Shown here: piece by piece, positions 58,794 to 64,000 of the stretch | Position numbering within the stretch: the first letter of the stretch is position 1 | Layout of the letters: each line of letters opens with the position of its first letter | From: an uncultured candidatus Porisulfidus sp. | Lineage (GTDB): Bacteria > Pseudomonadota > Gammaproteobacteria > Poriferisulfidales > Oxydemutatoraceae | Direction: 5' to 3' | Length of the DNA stretch: 64,000 bases | Assembly (NCBI GenBank): GCA_965215125.1 | Contig: OZ244052.1 | Span: 1,152,001-1,216,000 of the forward strand | The notes under the pieces: model-generated | The model's input: only the letters and a program-made list of their open reading frames with translations | Told to the model about the DNA's origin: nothing | Database searches by the model: none | Position numbers and translations under genes: made by a program

Positions 58794-61783
58794 CCGCCAG
58801 CCTTGAATCTATAGTCCAATCCCTCAATTACGCCGAATTGCCGGAAACTTGGTGGGTGCCGGATATTTACACATTTTCGCAAAGTAAAAAGCTATACGAC
58901 TATCAACGTTCGGCTATGGAAAAGGCTGCGTGTGCACTTTTTAAGTATTACGGTAGCGAATGTGATTGGGCAGACGGTGAATCGGAAGACATCAACAGCT
59001 GGCGCAAACGCCATTTTTTGAGTTCATATCTCGCCTCGCAGTTTTCCGATATACCTAAATACGAGAGACGCAACGACAAAAAATACGATAAACAAAATGA
59101 AGTTTTTCGTATTTTATCCGAGTATATCGAACCTGCCGGAGATTCTATTTCGTATCACCATTTGATTAACCGAATGTGCTTTTGGATGGCAACCGGAAGC
59201 GGTAAAACTTTGGTGATGATTAAACTGATAGAGTATCTGCATTTTTTACAACGACATAAAGAAATCCCGAACCATCGCATGCTGATACTTGCCCCGAGTA
59301 AGCATTTACTAAAACAAATCAGGCACACGATAGACGAGTTTAATCAATCGCGTGATTTAACCATCAACTTAATAGATTTACGCAAGAGTGATCTCCAATA
59401 TCAAGGACAATTGGGCGATATGATTCCGGTGTATTATCATCGTAGCGATAACATTTCCGATGTACAGAAAGAGGCTCTGACCGATTACCGAGAGTATCAA
59501 AACGACGGCAAATGGTTTATCTTTCTGGACGAAGCACATAAAGGCACCAAAGAAGATTCTAAGCGTCAAGCGTATTATGCGGTGATGGCACGGGCAGGGT
59601 TTCTCTTTAATTTTTCGGCAACTTTTACCGATAAAGAAGATATTGCTACAACGGTTAAGAAATACAATTTGGAGGAGTTTATAAAAAACGGACACGGGAA
59701 AAACATCTATCTGAACAAAAGCGAGTATTCTGCGTTTAGAGACAGAAGGGAAGAGATTAGTTCTAAGGAGAGACGAAAAATTGTTTTGAAATCGCTAATC
59801 ACACTGGCGTATGTTTCCGAGAAGGTACATAAATTGCGTGACGATACCGGCTTGGGAGACGACCTGTATCATTTGCCGTTGATGTTGACCTTGGTCAATT
59901 CGGTTAATACGGACATTGACAGAGAGCAAAACGATTTATGGACATTTTTTGAGACTTTGCGAGATATTGCCACCGGCGAAATTGATCAGGGGCTTTTTGC
60001 AGAGGCGAGAGACGAACTGATTACCGATTGGCAAGAAGCCAAACTGATTTTCGGAGCAGACGGCAAAGCCATTATCGGCGACAGCCGAGAAGCCATTAAA
60101 ACAATGACTATCTCCAAGTTAAGAAAAATGGTGTTTCTCAAATCAAGGAAAGGTACATTGCAGTATGTGCGTAGTAAAGATAGCAAAGAATTAGCATTTC
60201 AGATGAAAAATGCAGACTTCCCGTTTGCGCTGATACGCATAGGAGACACATCTAAGTGGCGTAATAGATTTTTAGCCGGTTATGAGGAAACGACTACTTT
60301 ACAAGAGACATCTTTTTTTGAGAGTTTAGAGAAAAAACCTATTACTATTCTGATGGGTTCTCGCTCATTTTTTGAAAGCTGGGATTCTAATCGTCCGAAC
60401 ATAATCAACTTCATCAACATCGGAGGCACGGATGCCAAGAAATTTGTTGTACAGTCGGTCGGTCGCGGTGTGCGTATTCAACCGTTGCCCGGCAAGCGTA
60501 GGCGTCTGGAGCAATTACTTCCATCTCCCGACTTAGAGGAAGGCATCAAAAAAAAGCTGGTAGCGTGCGCCAATGAAGTGATGCCAATTGAAACATTGTT
60601 TTTGTTTGCGACTAATCGCAAAGCAATCATTGCTGTTTTGGAGGGATTGCAAACCGAAGAGGGAGCGTCTTTTGAATTGTTGGAAGGGTTTGAACCGGCA
60701 CCGAAACCGAAAATCAGTGATGCCGATAATGAGATGCCGTTATTGGTTCCTGAATATCGGGAAATGACCCCAGATGTGGAGGAATTGCCGAAGTTCAGAA
60801 TGAGTGAGCGGACATTAAACAGATTTAGACAATGGTTTGACGAAACTTCAAGTTCGGTATCGATTGTTCGGGATAGATTGACGGCACCGCAACTTTCTAA
60901 ATTGGAGGCTGTGCTTAAACAAGAAGACAGTATAGAAATTAATGAAAGCAAAAACTACGACCAACTATCTTTTCTACAAAAGAGGCTTTTATCCCATATT
61001 GACGAAAAAGTGCAAGAAACCGACGGAGTTAGAGAGATTAAAGAGAAGGGAGGAAAGGAGGATATCGTCCATTTCCGAAAAATTTGCGTAGAGGCAGCAC
61101 ACGCCAGAGGATTGCAAGAGAAAATAAATGCAGTCAAGGCAGGCAGAACACTTAACGAAAATCTACCGGAGTTGTTTGAGGAATTTAATAAAGGGGTGAT
61201 TACTCGCGAAGAGCTACAGGTAAAACTTGCAGGACAAGAAAAGGACGAATACGACGACTTTCAAAACGGCAAATTGCGTATAAAACAGATTTCTAATCAT
61301 TATTATCTGCCGGTTGTGCTGGGATACGAACGGGCGGACTATATAAAGCATATTATAAAAGTAAAAAGTGAGATCGCATTTATCGATAGATTGGAAAAAT
61401 GGACTGCGACAAACAACAATGGTATATGGGACGCATGGATGTTTAGTAAAGTAGACGAATCCTTAGACAAGATTTATATACCGTACTTCAGTGAGTCAAA
61501 TTCCCATAGCTGCTTTTTCCCGGATTTTATTTTCTGGATGTGCAAAGGCAATAAATATCAAATTGTGTTTGTTGATCCCAAAGGGACGGCACACACAAAT
61601 GCCTATCACAAAATAGACGGCTATAAGAAATTATTCGGACCGATAGAAACCCCGAAATCATTTAGCTACCTTAAAAAATGGGAGATAACTACCAAACTTT
61701 TAATGTTTAATCCCGAGAGGTCTCCGGCGGAAGCGTATGAAAAATACTGGACGGACGAGATAGATAAAATTTTTGAAGGCTAG
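58790..61783 (+). CDS. res: Type III restriction endonuclease (Res)
   Basis: MATGSGKT, DEAH, FSAT, Q.VGRG.R, C-terminal PDF...VDPKG nuclease motif. Confidence 0.9.
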   Translation: MTASLESIVQSLNYAELPETWWVPDIYTFSQSKKLYDYQRSAMEKAACALFKYYGSECDWADGESEDINSWRKRHFLSSYLASQFSDIPKYERRNDKKYDKQNEVFRILSEYIEPAGDSISYHHLINRMCFWMATGSGKTLVMIKLIEYLHFLQRHKEIPNHRMLILAPSKHLLKQIRHTIDEFNQSRDLTINLIDLRKSDLQYQGQLGDMIPVYYHRSDNISDVQKEALTDYREYQNDGKWFIFLDEAHKGTKEDSKRQAYYAVMARAGFLFNFSATFTDKEDIATTVKKYNLEEFIKNGHGKNIYLNKSEYSAFRDRREEISSKERRKIVLKSLITLAYVSEKVHKLRDDTGLGDDLYHLPLMLTLVNSVNTDIDREQNDLWTFFETLRDIATGEIDQGLFAEARDELITDWQEAKLIFGADGKAIIGDSREAIKTMTISKLRKMVFLKSRKGTLQYVRSKDSKELAFQMKNADFPFALIRIGDTSKWRNRFLAGYEETTTLQETSFFESLEKKPITILMGSRSFFESWDSNRPNIINFINIGGTDAKKFVVQSVGRGVRIQPLPGKRRRLEQLLPSPDLEEGIKKKLVACANEVMPIETLFLFATNRKAIIAVLEGLQTEEGASFELLEGFEPAPKPKISDADNEMPLLVPEYREMTPDVEELPKFRMSERTLNRFRQWFDETSSSVSIVRDRLTAPQLSKLEAVLKQEDSIEINESKNYDQLSFLQKRLLSHIDEKVQETDGVREIKEKGGKEDIVHFRKICVEAAHARGLQEKINAVKAGRTLNENLPELFEEFNKGVITREELQVKLAGQEKDEYDDFQNGKLRIKQISNHYYLPVVLGYERADYIKHIIKVKSEIAFIDRLEKWTATNNNGIWDAWMFSKVDESLDKIYIPYFSESNSHSCFFPDFIFWMCKGNKYQIVFVDPKGTAHTNAYHKIDGYKKLFGPIETPKSFSYLKKWEITTKLLMFNPERSPAEAYEKYWTDEIDKIFEG

Positions 61784-61831
61784 GGAATTCGGCAAAGGGT
61801 GTGCAAGGCGCGGTAGCTTGCCGGCTACCGC

Positions 61832-61992
61832 ACAAAACCGACAAGCTAAAACGCAACGAAGCGGCACGATGCCTGCAAAAAACATCGGCAACATTAACCG
61901 ATTATCATGCATCGGCACAGCTGTTCTCCGCACAGAGCGGACAGGGCGTTGCGAAGGCTCGAGATCAGCTCTCCGCATGGTTAGAAATGGGG
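61832..61992 (+). repeat. Duplicated engB 3' fragment (att-like repeat)
   Basis: Encodes KTDKLKRNEAARCLQKTS...QLSAWL; lacks the 5' part of engB. Confidence 0.9.
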
Positions 61993-62007
61993 GAGCTGTC
62001 TGAGCAC

Positions 62008-62036
62008 TTGACTTAATAATAACATTATTATAGTAT
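62008..62036 (+). promoter_or_regulatory. Promoter of the HTH-hipA operon with a palindromic operator in the spacer
   Basis: TTGACT-N17-TAGTAT; the spacer is TAATAAT-AAC-ATTATTA. Confidence 0.6.
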
Positions 62037-62070
62037 TATAGTTTTAATAATATACTTAAATAATACTATA

Positions 62071-62370
62071 ATGTTATTAAGCACTGCAAAAGCTCAACAA
62101 CAGCTCAGGGAGTATATCAAAGCTCGGCGGCTTGCTGTAGGTTTGACACAGCAAGGTCTGGCTTTGCGTTCGGGCGTCAAGCTACCGACGCTTCGCAAGT
62201 TTGAGCAAACCGGGCTGATTTCGTTAGAGTCTTTCCTAAAGCTATTGATGGTTTTAGGAGGATTGAACAACTTAGTCAGTTCGGTTAAGCCTGATCAAAA
62301 AAAGTTTTCATCCATAGATGAGATTTTAAGTGTTAACGAAAAAACGCCTAAAAGGGGTTGGCGTACATGA
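62071..62370 (+). CDS. XRE-family HTH protein (HipB-like antitoxin)
   Basis: LTQ..LA.RSGV...TLRKFE.TG; its stop overlaps the hipA start (ATGA). Confidence 0.85.
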   Translation: MLLSTAKAQQQLREYIKARRLAVGLTQQGLALRSGVKLPTLRKFEQTGLISLESFLKLLMVLGGLNNLVSSVKPDQKKFSSIDEILSVNEKTPKRGWRT

Positions 62371-63602
62371 AAGAAGTATTGGTCAATCAAATTAAAATAG
62401 GCATAGTCTTTGGCGATGAAGTTCTGGCGGTCGGGCGATTGGTTCTGCACGATGGGCAAATTCATTTTGAATACGACGGCACTTTTCTAGATCGCGGTTT
62501 GGAGATTTCTCCGCTGAAGTGTCCCTTGCATCCCGGTATCCAAACCTTTGATAGTTCTGTGTTTGAGGGCTTGCCCGGGGTATTCAACGATAGTCTATCC
62601 GACGGCTGGGGACGATTATTGTTGGATCGGCAGGCACGCATAAATGGTATTCTGCCAAGCGAACTGACACCCCTGGACCGGCTTGCCTATGTCGGTCATA
62701 TCGGGATGGGTGCTTTGGTATATGAGCCTGCACAGAATAGGCAAGCGATTAAGGGTGAGCTTGATTTGAACCGATTGGCAACCCATACGGCAAACATTTT
62801 AGAGGGTACTGCCGATGAGGTATTACAAGAATTGCTAACCTTAAATAGTTCGTCAGCAGGCGCGCGCCCCAAGGCAATGATTAGTGTTGATGATAGTAAG
62901 CGTATTATCTATGACACACATCCTCTACGCAATGGATTTGAAGCGTGGCTTGTGAAGTTTCCGAGTATCGGCGATGGGCTTGATGCCGGAGCGATTGAGT
63001 ATGTTTATGCTTTAATGGCTGTGGATGCCGGGCTTGAAATGACAAAGACGTATCTTTTCCCTGCACAAAGGGGTGCGGGCTATTTTGCAACCCAACGTTT
63101 TGATAGAGAGAGGCACCGGTGGCTTCATTGCCATAGTGTTTGTGGTCTATTGCATTCAGATTTTAGAACGCCTTCGCTTGATTACGAAGATTTGTTGGCT
63201 CTTACAATGATACTCACACACGATATCAGGGAAGTGGAGAAAATGTTTAGGCTTGCCGTGTTTAATGTTTTGGCGCATAACCGAGACGACCATTCAAAAA
63301 ATTTTAGTTTTTTGATGGATGAAAACGGCGAGTGGCGATTATCGCCGGCGTATGATTTGACATTCTCTTCCGGGCCGAACGGAGAGCAAAGTACTACGGT
63401 GATGGGTGAAGGCAAAAATCCATCCCTAAGCCATTTAATCAAACTAGGGCTGGAGGCAAAATTACCGCAATCCACCATAGACTCAGCGATTGAACAAACC
63501 CGAACTGCACTAGATCGTTGGCGCGGTCTTGCCACCGAACACGGTGTAAAAAAAGCTAACATGGCTCTAATTGAAAAGAGGATTAAAAGCATTGCCGAGT
63601 AA
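62367..63602 (+). CDS. hipA: HipA-family toxin kinase
   Basis: SAGARPK, VKF, EY, RFDR, NRDDHSKNFSF, LSPAYD. Confidence 0.92.
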   Translation: MKEVLVNQIKIGIVFGDEVLAVGRLVLHDGQIHFEYDGTFLDRGLEISPLKCPLHPGIQTFDSSVFEGLPGVFNDSLSDGWGRLLLDRQARINGILPSELTPLDRLAYVGHIGMGALVYEPAQNRQAIKGELDLNRLATHTANILEGTADEVLQELLTLNSSSAGARPKAMISVDDSKRIIYDTHPLRNGFEAWLVKFPSIGDGLDAGAIEYVYALMAVDAGLEMTKTYLFPAQRGAGYFATQRFDRERHRWLHCHSVCGLLHSDFRTPSLDYEDLLALTMILTHDIREVEKMFRLAVFNVLAHNRDDHSKNFSFLMDENGEWRLSPAYDLTFSSGPNGEQSTTVMGEGKNPSLSHLIKLGLEAKLPQSTIDSAIEQTRTALDRWRGLATEHGVKKANMALIEKRIKSIAE

Positions 63603-63611
63603 TGGGTTGTT

Positions 63612-63736
63612 AACCACCCCATGGAAAGGCTTTACATTTTGTATATATGCCGAGGTTCTGCACAATGTGACGCCGATTGACCTACCGGCTCAATCGGCGG
63701 CTCTATGCGCCTGCCACCCCTCCACAGGAGGGGAAT
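63612..63736 (-). repeat. Dispersed repeat module A (hairpin variant CGCCGATTGA)
   Basis: Reverse-complement match to 51191-51318. Confidence 0.88.
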
Positions 63737-63787
63737 GTACCGGCACTATACCTTATGCAGACACGCTGCAGGCATCAATCAGCAATA

Positions 63788-64000
63788 CTACTCGGTGGTT
63801 CCGTTCTTTAGCTGTTTAATCTCGTCAACAGATAAACCTGTCAATTTTGAAATCTCAGAAACCTCATAATTCTCTTGCAACATGTTCAAAGCAATTTCGT
63901 GATCTCTTTTTACTTTACCTTCAGCTAACCCTTCTGCCTTGACTTCTTCCATGATCTCTTGCTTTCTCACATGGCGTTCCCACTCTTGTCTTTCTAACAA
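63788..64000 (-). CDS. C-terminal part of an Rpn/YhgA-like (PD-(D/E)XK putative transposase) protein, partial
   Basis: EGLAEGK...EIALNML......ISKLTGLS.DEI..L is the typical Rpn C-terminus; ORF runs off the window edge. Confidence 0.7.
   Translation of the reverse strand: MLERQEWERHVRKQEIMEEVKAEGLAEGKVKRDHEIALNMLQENYEVSEISKLTGLSVDEIKQLKNGTTE

Larger units (their letters stand above)
51997..61992. mobile_element. Defence island bracketed by ~161-bp direct repeats of the engB 3' end
   Basis: 51997-52157 vs 61832-61992, about 13 mismatches by hand count; cargo is AT-richer than the backbone; no integrase in the window. Confidence 0.75.

Noticed and set aside
61700-62016. ORFs 61700-61978, 61773-62003 and 61801-62016 as genes
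   Set aside because: They only reflect the duplicated engB 3' fragment and lack its GTPase N-terminus.

Overview
Chromosomal window of a gammaproteobacterium that is probably host-associated (inference from type III secretion genes, many glycosyltransferases and synteny losses). The backbone is housekeeping: rnfDGE-nth-hemXY, hisBHAFE-tatABC-gpmI, tRNA-Ser(CGA), hemH, aroKB, mrcA, wrbA, glnA, rplM-rpsI-rplU-rpmA, obgE-proB, rpsT and engB. The most striking accessory item is an intact TnpB gene (1259-2467) that is the only cargo of a 1259-bp element with 24-bp terminal inverted repeats (GGGAATTAT...) and an 8-bp target-site duplication. These are IS1595/ISNwi-type DDE ends rather than IS200/605/607 ends, and a 72-bp MITE with the same ends and an 8-bp TSD lies at 22941-23012. 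Other accessory features: an uncalled YopD/SctB-like T3SS translocator ORF (<1-1054, minus); a SopB/IpgD-like CX5R phosphatase; an orphan Cas6-like gene with no array; a dispersed repeat whose hairpin shows compensatory base changes and which hosts an IS1182 insertion; four tandem O-fucosyltransferase-like domains; and a defence island (1238-aa unknown protein plus type III R-M) bracketed by a duplicated engB 3' end and followed by HipBA. All assignments come from reading motifs by eye; no database search was run.
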